This document shows positions 18,448 to 27,405 of a stretch of 64,000 nucleotides of DNA, piece by piece. Position numbers and translations under genes: made by a program. The DNA lies in contig JAGBGN010000014.1 in NCBI GenBank assembly GCA_017935945.1, forward strand, positions 1,913-65,912, read 5' to 3'. The DNA is from Candidatus Methanomethylophilaceae archaeon. Lineage in GTDB: Archaea > Thermoplasmatota > Thermoplasmata > Methanomassiliicoccales > Methanomethylophilaceae. Numbering within the stretch: the first letter of the stretch is position 1; each line of letters opens with the position of its first letter. A model generated the notes under the pieces. It made no database searches. It was not told the DNA's origin and worked only from the letters and a program-made list of their open reading frames with translations.

Positions 18448-19098
18448 TCACTCGACCCCTTCGTACTCATCGGGATCTGCGACGGAGATTGCCTCGGCCG
18501 GGACCTCCCTGCAGAGGAACACGGTGCGTGCGGCCCTTCCGATGTCGAATCCGAGGTCCATGCAGGCATCGGTATCGATAACCAGGATCACAGGATCCTC
18601 CATACGAACGGAACCGGCCCTCATCGCATCCTGGAACGTCAGTGACAGGTGCACCATCGAACGGTCGGTCGGTACGATTCCGGACTCGAGGATGGTCTCC
18701 GCATCGTCCAGTGATGCAGGGTAGAACAGGTCCTCGGGTATGTTCTCGCAATCGAGCTTGATGTCGAGGTCGATGGTGTGACCGTATGTGGCCCTCATCT
18801 TGCCGGCGGACATCATGTACCTTCCCTTGGGGTCGGTCTCCACGAGTGCCTCGATGTGCCTTGCCCTCATCCAGCTCATACGGGGATTCTTCTCCCTGAC
18901 CTTCGAGATGATGTCGCGGACGGAGACGAATCCCTGTGCATCCATGTTGAGGCCGTACTTGCCATGCCTGAGGATACCGGCCAGGTTCCTACCGACCTTC
19001 TCGACCTCGTAGTCGGACATCATGAACTTGCCCTCTTCTCCGCAGTAGGGGCACTTCTCGTCACGGAAGTATCCGTGATCCTCGCATTCCCTTATCAT
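18448..19098 (-). CDS. kptA: RNA 2'-phosphotransferase (Tpt1/KptA family) with N-terminal zinc ribbon
   Basis: KptA blocks LAGILRHGKYGLNMDAQGFV, YGHTIDLD and MVHLS. The N-terminus carries CEDHG..CPYCG. The start overlaps the folD stop (ATGA). Confidence 0.8.
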   Translation of the reverse strand: MIRECEDHGYFRDEKCPYCGEEGKFMMSDYEVEKVGRNLAGILRHGKYGLNMDAQGFVSVRDIISKVREKNPRMSWMRARHIEALVETDPKGRYMMSAGKMRATYGHTIDLDIKLDCENIPEDLFYPASLDDAETILESGIVPTDRSMVHLSLTFQDAMRAGSVRMEDPVILVIDTDACMDLGFDIGRAARTVFLCREVPAEAISVADPDEYEGVE

Positions 19099-19985
19099 TC
19101 AGACACCTCCATGGTGCGCTCCGCCGCCTTCACCGCATTGGCCATGAGCATGCATATCGTCATTGGCCCAACGCCTCCAGGAACGGGTGTGATGTAAGAG
19201 GCCACTTCCTTGACCTCTTCGAAATCCACATCGCCGACGAGACGGCTTCCCTTGGGGTGTGTCGGGTCCTCGACCCTGTTGGTACCCACATCGATGACCA
19301 CAGCACCCTCCTTCACCATGTCCTTGGTTATGAAACGGGCCTTTCCAATCGCCACTATTAGTATGTCGGCCTGTCTTGTGATGGCTGCAAGGTCCTTGGT
19401 GCGCGAGTGGACTGTGGTGACTGTTGAGTCCGCTCCTGCGCCCTTCTGTATCATCATAGCCGACATGGGTTTGCCCACGATGTTACTGCGTCCGACGACG
19501 ACCACGTGCTTTCCGGCGGTCTCGATTCCGGAACGTATCAGCATCTGTTGCACACCTGCAGGTGTAGCGGGCAGGAAGTCGGGCTCTCCGATGAGCATGC
19601 GCCCGACATTGCTGGGGTGGAAGCAATCCGCATCCTTGGACGGCGAGATTGCATTGATGACCTGCTCCTCGTCCAGATGCGCTGGGAGCGGGAGCTGTAC
19701 CAGGAATCCATGGACAGCGGAATCGTTGTTGAGTTCGTTGACCTTGGTCATCAGCTCCTCCTGGGTGGTATCGCCGGGCATGCGGATGATGGTGGAGTGC
19801 ATTCCAAGCTCCTCGCACATCTCGCCCTTCTTCCTGACATAGACCTGCGATGCAGGGTCGTCTCCAACGAGAACGACGGCCAGGCCGGGGGTCACTCCCT
19901 TTGCCTTGAGGGTCTCGATCCTCTGTCTGAGTTCAGCGTAAATCTCTTCGGAAACATCCTTTCCGAGAATGAGTGTGGCGGTCAT
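19095..19985 (-). CDS. folD: bifunctional methylenetetrahydrofolate dehydrogenase/methenyl-THF cyclohydrolase
   Basis: FolD blocks are present: GLAVVLVGDDPASQVYVRKK, VVGRSNIVGKP and TPVPGGVGPMT. Confidence 0.9.
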   Translation of the reverse strand: MTATLILGKDVSEEIYAELRQRIETLKAKGVTPGLAVVLVGDDPASQVYVRKKGEMCEELGMHSTIIRMPGDTTQEELMTKVNELNNDSAVHGFLVQLPLPAHLDEEQVINAISPSKDADCFHPSNVGRMLIGEPDFLPATPAGVQQMLIRSGIETAGKHVVVVGRSNIVGKPMSAMMIQKGAGADSTVTTVHSRTKDLAAITRQADILIVAIGKARFITKDMVKEGAVVIDVGTNRVEDPTHPKGSRLVGDVDFEEVKEVASYITPVPGGVGPMTICMLMANAVKAAERTMEVSE

Positions 19986-20064
19986 GTAGTCACCTTGCGG
20001 TTCGATGCCCCGATGCCTATATAATGTCTACGCGCACGCGCCCGATGGACCTGAAGGGAAAACG

Positions 20065-20850
20065 TCACCCGACCAGCATCGTCGGTTGATAACCCAGGTC
20101 CAGTATGCCTGACAGAACCTCGACCACGTGGTCGGCGTTGCGACGGACCTCATCCGGCCCCATCATCCCACGCTCACGCCACTCCACCATGTGCCAGGTG
20201 TGGGTTGCGAGGATGAGTTGTCCGTGTTCCATGCGGGAGGCCATGGCCACATAATCGGACGGAGGCCGCTTGCCCTCGTGCATGGGCCACAGGTAGGCTG
20301 ACATGCTGCGCCCGGAACCGTCTGTGGTCTTCGGGACGGGGTGCTCCATGACCCCGTTCCCCAGATCGAACGGTTCGGCACCGAGGTCACCGTATGATGA
20401 TGAATCGTGGAACACCCCCAGTTCGGGCAGGAACGATTCGACATGACCGTTCCGCACCATGTACGGTGCTCTGAAACAGGTCGGACGGGAGATGTTATCG
20501 GAAACCGAGTCGAAACCCCTGCGGAGGATGGACTCAACCTCATCCCTCGTGTACGTGACTCCAGTGGATTGGCCCGACAGGTCCTCATGGTCGTATCCGT
20601 GGAAACCCACGCAGTGGCCACTCAGACCGCTGCAGTCTATGGTCTCCGACGTCCGTCCCTCGACGAAGAACGTCCCCTTGACGCCCACCGCATCCAGGAC
20701 GTCCAGCAGGACCGCCAGACCCAGTTCCGCGGAGGAGAACCTTGGCTCGGTCCCCTGTCCGCGGTCCATGGACCCGGCCGCGGAACACCCTGTGATGGGG
20801 ATGTTCACATCGCGGTCCAGGTCCACGGTGAAAATCAATTCGCGACTCAT
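20065..20850 (-). CDS. polysaccharide deacetylase (CE4/NodB-fold) family protein
   Basis: NodB-type motifs FTVDLD (Asp pair), HGYDH (His pair) and FRAPY. The start overlaps the deoA stop (ATGA). Confidence 0.6.
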   Translation of the reverse strand: MSRELIFTVDLDRDVNIPITGCSAAGSMDRGQGTEPRFSSAELGLAVLLDVLDAVGVKGTFFVEGRTSETIDCSGLSGHCVGFHGYDHEDLSGQSTGVTYTRDEVESILRRGFDSVSDNISRPTCFRAPYMVRNGHVESFLPELGVFHDSSSYGDLGAEPFDLGNGVMEHPVPKTTDGSGRSMSAYLWPMHEGKRPPSDYVAMASRMEHGQLILATHTWHMVEWRERGMMGPDEVRRNADHVVEVLSGILDLGYQPTMLVG

Positions 20851-22361
20851 TTCCTCAGGGTCGTGGACGAGACCCTCTTGATGAGCATGCCCTCGATGTC
20901 CATGGGAGCGTACTTCCTGGCGGTCTCGATGGCACGCTTGAGTTTGGCCTCGTTGTCGGCGTAAATCGTGAACAACGGCTCCCCTGCCTCAACCCTCTGA
21001 CCCTTCTTGCGGTGGATGAGGAGTCCGGCACCCTTGTCGTTGGGTGCGCCTGCAGCCTTGGCGATGGCCACGATGTCCTTGTTGTGGATGGCGTGGATGT
21101 AACCGGCCTTGACGGAGACTATATCCTGACTGAACTTTCCAGGGACCAGGTCGGATGACTTCAGATCCTCCCTTCCACCCTGTGCAACGACGATCTCCAT
21201 GAACTTCTTGTAGGCCCTGCCGGACTCCAGACACTCCCTGGCCCTGACGGCACCGTTGGGGATGCCTGCCATCTCGAGGATGATTCCCGCACAGTCGCAT
21301 GCCTTCTCGATGACGCTTGCGGGATGGTCTGCGCCTTCCAGGATGCTTATGCACTCCCTTGCCTCGAGTATCGGTCCCACGGCACTTCCCACTGGCTGGT
21401 CTGCATAGGTGATCGCGCACTCGACGTGCATACCGAGCTTCTCCCCGAGGTCCATCAGGTCACGGGCGTATGCCCTGGCGACCTCTATCGTGGGGACCTT
21501 CGTACCGGAACCAGTGGGGACGTCTACCAAAAGATGGGTCGCACCGACGGCGACCTTCTTGCTCATGATGGATGCCAACATCTGTGCCCTCGGATTGATT
21601 CCGAGAGGATGCTCGATCTTGATGACCATGTCATCGACGGGCGCGAGGTTCATCGCACCTCCCCATGCGAACACACCGCCCACATCCTCGGATATGGACC
21701 TGAGGCGGTCAGCATCGATGACGACATCGCAGAAGGTCTCCACGAAATCGGATGTACCGCATGCACTGCTAATCGCACGGGACGAGAGCTTGGGGATCAT
21801 TATCCCCTCTGCCGCCACGATGGACACGACGATGGGTGTAATCTTGTTACCGGGTATGCCCCCGAGACTGTGGAAGTCGAACACGGGCTCCCTGTCGAAC
21901 TTGATTATGTCCCCGGTCTCGGCCATGGCCTTGGTGAAATCTGCGATCTCGTCGATGTCCATGCCGTTTATGTGCAGGGAGGTGAGCCATGCGGAGATCT
22001 CGATCTTGGACAGTTTGTTCTCCAGGATGTCCGTGACGATCGAGTAGATCTCGTCACGGTCCAGCTTCTCCCCATCCATCTTCCTGCGTATGGAACGGAC
22101 TGAATCGGGTTTCTGGGAATAATGGACGTTCACGGTGTCGCCTTCGTCCACGGCACACTTCTCCATAAGGTTTAGGGGCATCATGATGCACCCCTTCTCG
22201 ACGAGCGTGTCGGACCTGCTCACGAGAGCCACGGCCACGCGCGTACCTGCGATGCTGACACGATCGTTCTCCTTGACACCTATCTCTATGCAATCGTCAT
22301 CGTGGAGCAGAACCGTAGGCTCGGATGTGTCCACATCGTAGTATCTGACTTCCAATTTCAT
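20847..22361 (-). CDS. deoA: AMP phosphorylase (thymidine phosphorylase family)
   Basis: About 500 aa with an N-terminal extension plus a thymidine-phosphorylase core (HSLGGIPGNK, glycosyl transferase family 3 blocks). Encoded next to type III RuBisCO. Start MKLEV overlaps the rbcL stop. Confidence 0.85.
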   Translation of the reverse strand: MKLEVRYYDVDTSEPTVLLHDDDCIEIGVKENDRVSIAGTRVAVALVSRSDTLVEKGCIMMPLNLMEKCAVDEGDTVNVHYSQKPDSVRSIRRKMDGEKLDRDEIYSIVTDILENKLSKIEISAWLTSLHINGMDIDEIADFTKAMAETGDIIKFDREPVFDFHSLGGIPGNKITPIVVSIVAAEGIMIPKLSSRAISSACGTSDFVETFCDVVIDADRLRSISEDVGGVFAWGGAMNLAPVDDMVIKIEHPLGINPRAQMLASIMSKKVAVGATHLLVDVPTGSGTKVPTIEVARAYARDLMDLGEKLGMHVECAITYADQPVGSAVGPILEARECISILEGADHPASVIEKACDCAGIILEMAGIPNGAVRARECLESGRAYKKFMEIVVAQGGREDLKSSDLVPGKFSQDIVSVKAGYIHAIHNKDIVAIAKAAGAPNDKGAGLLIHRKKGQRVEAGEPLFTIYADNEAKLKRAIETARKYAPMDIEGMLIKRVSSTTLRK

Positions 22362-23602
22362 CTTGATCCCCACTTCTCCAATGCCAGGGCAAGTTCCCTG
22401 TGGTCCTTGGCGTACTCCGACAAGGGTATGCCCGCGAAAGCGGCATCCACGGCCTGGCTCATGGCCTTGGCACCGCCACGGACACCATCGGGGTGACCTG
22501 CGACACCTCCACCCGCCTGGATCTGGACATCCAATCCTGAACGCTCCACGATGGCGCCCACGATACCGGGATACACTCCTCCGGAACAGACGGGCATGAC
22601 CTTCTTGTAGGGTACATCGTCGCCGAGACAGGCCACGAGGTTGCTGTCATCGTGCTTGTCCGCTGCCATCTTACCGACCCCGAGGGTACCTATGTGGAGT
22701 GCGTCACCACCGCACATGCGTGTGAGCTTCGTCAACGGGAGCATCGCGATGCCGTGCAGCGGATCCTTGGTGAACGCGCCGTGCATGGTCCTGTGGACGT
22801 GTATAGGCACCTTGATGGACGGGTCCTCGGCAAGCGCCTGTACTGCGCCGAATCCGCATGTGATCACGTCGACCATCAGCTGCTTGGCTCCCCACGACTG
22901 GACCTTCTCCGCGAGTTCGACAATCTTGTCGCCACGTGTGCTGACGTTGATGGCGTGGAGCATCTTATGGCCCTCCGACTCCAACCTGTCCAGGGCATCG
23001 GCGACCGCCACGGTCCTGTCCTCTATGGGGCAGAACCTCTGGTCCACGAGGGTCTCGTCATCCTTGGAGTTGGTGAGTCCTCCTGCACCGGCCTCGTAGA
23101 CGTACTTGGCGGTGTCCTCGGGGGACAATCCGATCTTGGGCTTCACGATGGTTCCCACCAACGGCTTCTCGGGACGGTCCAGAAGGTCACGTATCCCATC
23201 GGAACCGAACTTGGGGCCCTTGAACTGGGAGAGGATGTCCTTGGGGAAGGTCACATCCTCCAGACGTACGGCCTTCAATGCGCCTAGTCCGAACAGGTTG
23301 CCTGCGATCACGCTCAGGATCTGTGGGACCGAACCCGTCTCAATGCTGAAATCCTCGGACGGGAACTCGACTGTTATGATGTCACCGCTGATGTCGATGA
23401 CCCTTGCACCGAGCCTGTCGATGATGCCCCTGTCGAGTGTGGATATGCCCGTCCACGTACCGGTGGACTGTTCGGCTGCTATGGCATCGGCCGCCTTCTC
23501 GATCGGGAGGTCCGATGTGACCCTGTATTTGCATACCACGTACTTGTCGGGGTCGGAGACCTCCCCCAGATGCATGTATGTGAAACCATCCATTGTAATC
23601 AC
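22358..23602 (-). CDS. rbcL: ribulose-1,5-bisphosphate carboxylase, form III large subunit
   Basis: Catalytic residues are conserved: AAEQSTGTW, GNLFG, VKPKIGLS, SKDDE (carbamyl-Lys/Mg site), HVHRTMHG, LHIGT..GKM, CSGG and AGGG. Confidence 0.9.
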   Translation of the reverse strand: MITMDGFTYMHLGEVSDPDKYVVCKYRVTSDLPIEKAADAIAAEQSTGTWTGISTLDRGIIDRLGARVIDISGDIITVEFPSEDFSIETGSVPQILSVIAGNLFGLGALKAVRLEDVTFPKDILSQFKGPKFGSDGIRDLLDRPEKPLVGTIVKPKIGLSPEDTAKYVYEAGAGGLTNSKDDETLVDQRFCPIEDRTVAVADALDRLESEGHKMLHAINVSTRGDKIVELAEKVQSWGAKQLMVDVITCGFGAVQALAEDPSIKVPIHVHRTMHGAFTKDPLHGIAMLPLTKLTRMCGGDALHIGTLGVGKMAADKHDDSNLVACLGDDVPYKKVMPVCSGGVYPGIVGAIVERSGLDVQIQAGGGVAGHPDGVRGGAKAMSQAVDAAFAGIPLSEYAKDHRELALALEKWGSR

Positions 23603-24603
23603 TCCTTGAGCACGTCGGGTCCGAACTGCCTGACCATGACGTCGTACACGGATCCGGGAGCTATCATCCCGAGTTCCGTTATGATGGAATCGATGTACCT
23701 TGCCGGTGTGCTGTCGAACACCGGGTTGAACACCTTGACCGATTCCGGGATCTCTCCTGGTGACACCACCTCGGAGATGTCCCTCTCCTCTATCGTGACC
23801 ATGTCCCCGAACAGGGTCATGGGTGAGAACTTGTATGTCTCGCTGCAGACGTAGAACTGCACACGCGCCTCGTGTGCGGCGAGTGCTAGCTGGGATGTCC
23901 CAATCTTGTTGACGAGGGCCCCATGAGACGTGACCGTATCGGCACCCACGAAGACCTTGTCGACCTTCTTCATCACGGAACGGACCGCGCTGTCTATTAT
24001 GAGGGTCGTATCGACACCTGCGGATGCCAGGTCGTTGACGGTCAGTATCCCCTGCCTCCAGGGGCGGGACTCCGTGGCGAAGACGCGTATGTCCTTCCCC
24101 TGCCTGTGCGCCTCCTTGATCACTCCCGTGGCTACACTGCTGTTGCAGTGGGTCAGGATTGTGTCCCCATCCTGTACGCGCTTGGCACCGATGCGGGATA
24201 TTATCTCCACGGCTTCCAGGGACCTTTTGACGAAATCATCCGAATTCGATATCAGGACCTCGCGTGCCTCGTCCACCGATCCGGCATCGTGGACCCCCTT
24301 CAACGTGGCATGGACGCCGTTCCATAGGGATACGGCGGTGGGACGGGAATCCAGAAGAACCCTGGATGCCTGGTCCAGTTCATCCAGGAATCTCCCCAGA
24401 TCGTTACCCTGGTACCCCTTGGCGAAATCCCCTATGGCCGATGCGCCCGCACGTGCGATCCTACCCGCACCGCGTATTGTCATGTCGCGGATACGGTCTG
24501 CTGTTTCCTGCACTGTTCTGTCCACGGAGGGTAATCTCCTCGCGACGATATATAGGGGTCGGAAAAAAGTAAAGGGTTTGTGTAAAGGGTTTAAGACATT
24601 CAA
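23599..24603 (-). CDS. ribose-1,5-bisphosphate isomerase (eIF-2B alpha/beta/delta-like, e2b2)
   Basis: IF-2B family blocks (IRGAGRIARAGA, THCNSS, VGADTV). Completes the deoA-rbcL trio. The true start may be GTG 24525, which is preceded by TATATA about 25 nt upstream. Confidence 0.8.
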   Translation of the reverse strand: MNVLNPLHKPFTFFRPLYIVARRLPSVDRTVQETADRIRDMTIRGAGRIARAGASAIGDFAKGYQGNDLGRFLDELDQASRVLLDSRPTAVSLWNGVHATLKGVHDAGSVDEAREVLISNSDDFVKRSLEAVEIISRIGAKRVQDGDTILTHCNSSVATGVIKEAHRQGKDIRVFATESRPWRQGILTVNDLASAGVDTTLIIDSAVRSVMKKVDKVFVGADTVTSHGALVNKIGTSQLALAAHEARVQFYVCSETYKFSPMTLFGDMVTIEERDISEVVSPGEIPESVKVFNPVFDSTPARYIDSIITELGMIAPGSVYDVMVRQFGPDVLKE

Positions 24604-24611
24604 TGTCAGAC

Positions 24612-25193
24612 TTACATTCCCATCTTCTTCTTGACGTCTCCATCGAAGAGGAAGACTGCCATGAAGAGGTAGACGATAACGGAACAGATGCTGGAGATGA
24701 TCTGCATGAATCCGCCACCGATTGCGAGAAGGGAAGTGATGAACAGGACGAGGAAGATGAGCAGGAGGACGATCCAGAGGATCTTGTCGAATCCAGTTGT
24801 CTTTCCGTCGTCGATCTTTCCACCGATCCAGATGATGATCAGACCGAGGATGATTGCAACGATGCTGTCCCAGAATCCGATGGAGGAGATGATTCCACCG
24901 ACAGCGGAGAAGATTCCGGTGACAACGGTGGTAGCTCCAACAACCTTGACGAAGGTTGCAAGGATGTCGATCTTGTTGGAGATTGCTCCAACACGGACGC
25001 TGTTTCCGAATTTGAAGTAGATCACGGCTGCGATGATGGCTCCGATGGCTGCGATGAGGTAACCAATGTTCTCACCGATTCCGCCCTCCATGCCAACTGC
25101 ATCCACGATCTGGAGGAGAGCAGACACGATCATCAGGATTCCTATGATGGTGAATGCCCATCCAACGATCTTGGTGTTGTCGAAGAATGACAT
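24612..25193 (-). CDS. hypothetical multi-TM membrane protein
   Basis: 193-aa ORF with about 6 hydrophobic, Gly/Ile-rich segments. Codon third-position bias resembles neighbouring genes. No recognisable family. Confidence 0.55.
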   Translation of the reverse strand: MSFFDNTKIVGWAFTIIGILMIVSALLQIVDAVGMEGGIGENIGYLIAAIGAIIAAVIYFKFGNSVRVGAISNKIDILATFVKVVGATTVVTGIFSAVGGIISSIGFWDSIVAIILGLIIIWIGGKIDDGKTTGFDKILWIVLLLIFLVLFITSLLAIGGGFMQIISSICSVIVYLFMAVFLFDGDVKKKMGM

Positions 25194-25256
25194 GGCGGAT
25201 ACAGTGTAATGGATATATTATAAACGTTTCTCAAAAAATGGGCCCGGAATGATGCA

Positions 25257-25775
25257 TCACGGGGTCAAACAATCAGTGGCGGTCTCATCCGCATAATCGT
25301 GGAACACGACCTCGTGTACCACGCGCCGTGCCTCATCCATGCCATACGAAAGGTATACCGCCCCCAGTATGGCCTCGAAACAGTCGGACCGCATGTTCGC
25401 TTCGATGCGGTCGGAATGCCCTCCGCCCGTACGCATCAATCCGTCGATCCCCAGCCCATATGCCAGAACCCTGTCCGACAGCTTGGAGTTTGCCACCTTG
25501 TCCTGCTTGAAATCCGTCATGGCACCTTCCGACAGGTCGGTGTTCGTGTACACATGCTCGCACACCAGGAACTCCAGGATGGAATCCCCGAGGAACTCCA
25601 ACCTCTCGTATGATTCCACATGACGGGGCGGGTTCAGATTCAACATCTCGTTGCTGAAACTGTCGTGCGTGAGGGCTGTACAGAACAGGGAGAGGTTGTC
25701 CTTGGACACGTTCCTGAACCCGAAAGGCGACCGGGACAGGAACATCCTAACCTGCATCTCGAACTCGGTCTCCAT
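25257..25775 (-). CDS. RNase III catalytic-domain protein without dsRBD
   Basis: Classic RNase III signature ERLEFLGDSILEFLV and second catalytic block SDCFEAILGAVYL. Only 172 aa, with no dsRNA-binding domain. Confidence 0.75.
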   Translation of the reverse strand: METEFEMQVRMFLSRSPFGFRNVSKDNLSLFCTALTHDSFSNEMLNLNPPRHVESYERLEFLGDSILEFLVCEHVYTNTDLSEGAMTDFKQDKVANSKLSDRVLAYGLGIDGLMRTGGGHSDRIEANMRSDCFEAILGAVYLSYGMDEARRVVHEVVFHDYADETATDCLTP

Positions 25776-25899
25776 ACTGGTGTCAACGCGTCACGGTATT
25801 TTAGGGGTGTCACCGGACGACGAGATGAATGTGATTCGGAACCGATCCACTGTGCCTGCACACCAATATATTAAGAACAAGCCCGCGGATAGCCGAGAT

Positions 25900-27405
25900 A
25901 TGGCAGGAAAGAAACGTCTCAGAATGAGGGGTGTAAAACATTCATCCAAGAGGATGGAGGACGAGCTCCTGGAACGCTCCAGGACACTCGCGGACAACCC
26001 AGGCTTGCTCAGACCCCAGTGCGCAGGAAACTGTCGCAAGTGCGCATTCGACAAGACGTTCAAGCACATCGACGGATTGCAGAAGATCCGCAACAACCCC
26101 GATGCCCTGGTGAAGGAGGCATCCAAACTGGGAGGGGACGACATAGTCCGTGCGTATGCGGGTACGATCTCCCTCGCCGCGTCCGGTTCCATACCGATGC
26201 TCGGTACAGCCAATCTCGCCGGAGAGAAGATATCCTATGCTGCCAGAGGAACCGTCGGTGCTGACAAGCTCCTTGGATGCCAGTACTATACCGACCCCAA
26301 GATCAGACTCCTGCTGTACAACCAGTTCGTGAAGAAGAACAAGCTCCACCTCTACTCGTTCGGGGAGGATGTGGTCTGTTCCGATTCCCCCAACATGCCC
26401 GAGGACTACCTCTACGACACGTTCTGGGAGACTCCCTATGAGTTCCCGGACGATGGCCTCGACTGCGGCCATGATGCATCTGCCGTTCTCGAGATAAGCA
26501 TCAATTCCCTCGAACAATCCATACGCATCTGTGAGAACTGCGCTAAGGACGTGTCTACACTCCAGTACATCATCTCCAGGCTCGCCACAATCGACCCTCT
26601 CGATGACGTCCAGGTCAGAATCAGGCACAAGTTCCACTCCGAGGGGGAGAAGGACTATGAGGACATCACTGGAGACGTTCTCAAGAAGTACATGCTCGGT
26701 GAGCTCAGGGACTCCTCCCTCATCTCATCCGTCAAGAAGAACAGCCTCGGCAACCTGAAGGTCTCATCCGGTTCCACATACATCATCGGTAACGACAACC
26801 TGGGTTCATCCCTTGATTCGTTCATAGGTAAGCTAACCGGTGACGAGAAGGCCATCGCCACACTGAAGAAGTTCCTGACCGCGAACGAGCGTACCATCGT
26901 CCTCAAAACCAACAAGGTGACCGAGGCCCTCGGTGCCATCTGGGAATCTGATTGGAAGGGGATCATCGCAGTCCATACGGATGCTGCCACGGCCGAAAAG
27001 ATGCCCGATCAATCCAGGAACCAGCCCCTCGTCGTATTGGACAATGCGTACAACATGTTCCTCTCCGCGGATGTCGTCGCATCGCTGCCCGAGTTCAAGA
27101 AACCGGGACCCATAACGACAATGGCCGACAAACTGGCGAAGGCGTACAAGGTCGGTGGATGCGACATGCTTCGCGACACCGCTCAGACCACCGGCATGAA
27201 GGATGGTAAATCCAGGAGTGTAGTGGCCGCGTTCCTCATAGCAGCTGGTATCTCCGAGATACCTTTCAAGCTCAGTTCAGACGAACGTGGTTTCGCCGAT
27301 TTCCTCGCACCGTTCGTCAAGAACCTCTTGTCCGCGACCGGGGACAAGTACAGGGACAACATGAACACCCTCCTGACCGCGACGAGTTCCGGTGAGAAGG
27401 TCTGA
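25900..27405 (+). CDS. hypothetical protein, 501 aa, no recognisable domain
   Basis: ATG 25900 follows an AATATATTAAG TATA-like box by about 25 nt. Coding-like codon bias runs throughout. Cys-pair motifs CAGNCRKC and CENC. The 5' part of ORF 25651.. overlaps the RNase III gene and is rejected. Confidence 0.6.
   Translation: MAGKKRLRMRGVKHSSKRMEDELLERSRTLADNPGLLRPQCAGNCRKCAFDKTFKHIDGLQKIRNNPDALVKEASKLGGDDIVRAYAGTISLAASGSIPMLGTANLAGEKISYAARGTVGADKLLGCQYYTDPKIRLLLYNQFVKKNKLHLYSFGEDVVCSDSPNMPEDYLYDTFWETPYEFPDDGLDCGHDASAVLEISINSLEQSIRICENCAKDVSTLQYIISRLATIDPLDDVQVRIRHKFHSEGEKDYEDITGDVLKKYMLGELRDSSLISSVKKNSLGNLKVSSGSTYIIGNDNLGSSLDSFIGKLTGDEKAIATLKKFLTANERTIVLKTNKVTEALGAIWESDWKGIIAVHTDAATAEKMPDQSRNQPLVVLDNAYNMFLSADVVASLPEFKKPGPITTMADKLAKAYKVGGCDMLRDTAQTTGMKDGKSRSVVAAFLIAAGISEIPFKLSSDERGFADFLAPFVKNLLSATGDKYRDNMNTLLTATSSGEKV

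Noticed and set aside
22358-23602. Possibility that the RuBisCO homologue is a form IV RuBisCO-like protein.
   Set aside because: The residues for carbamylation and Mg binding (KDDE), KPK, HRxMH, the LHIGT..GK loop and the SGG/GGG phosphate sites are all present. It also sits with deoA and e2b2, as expected for form III.
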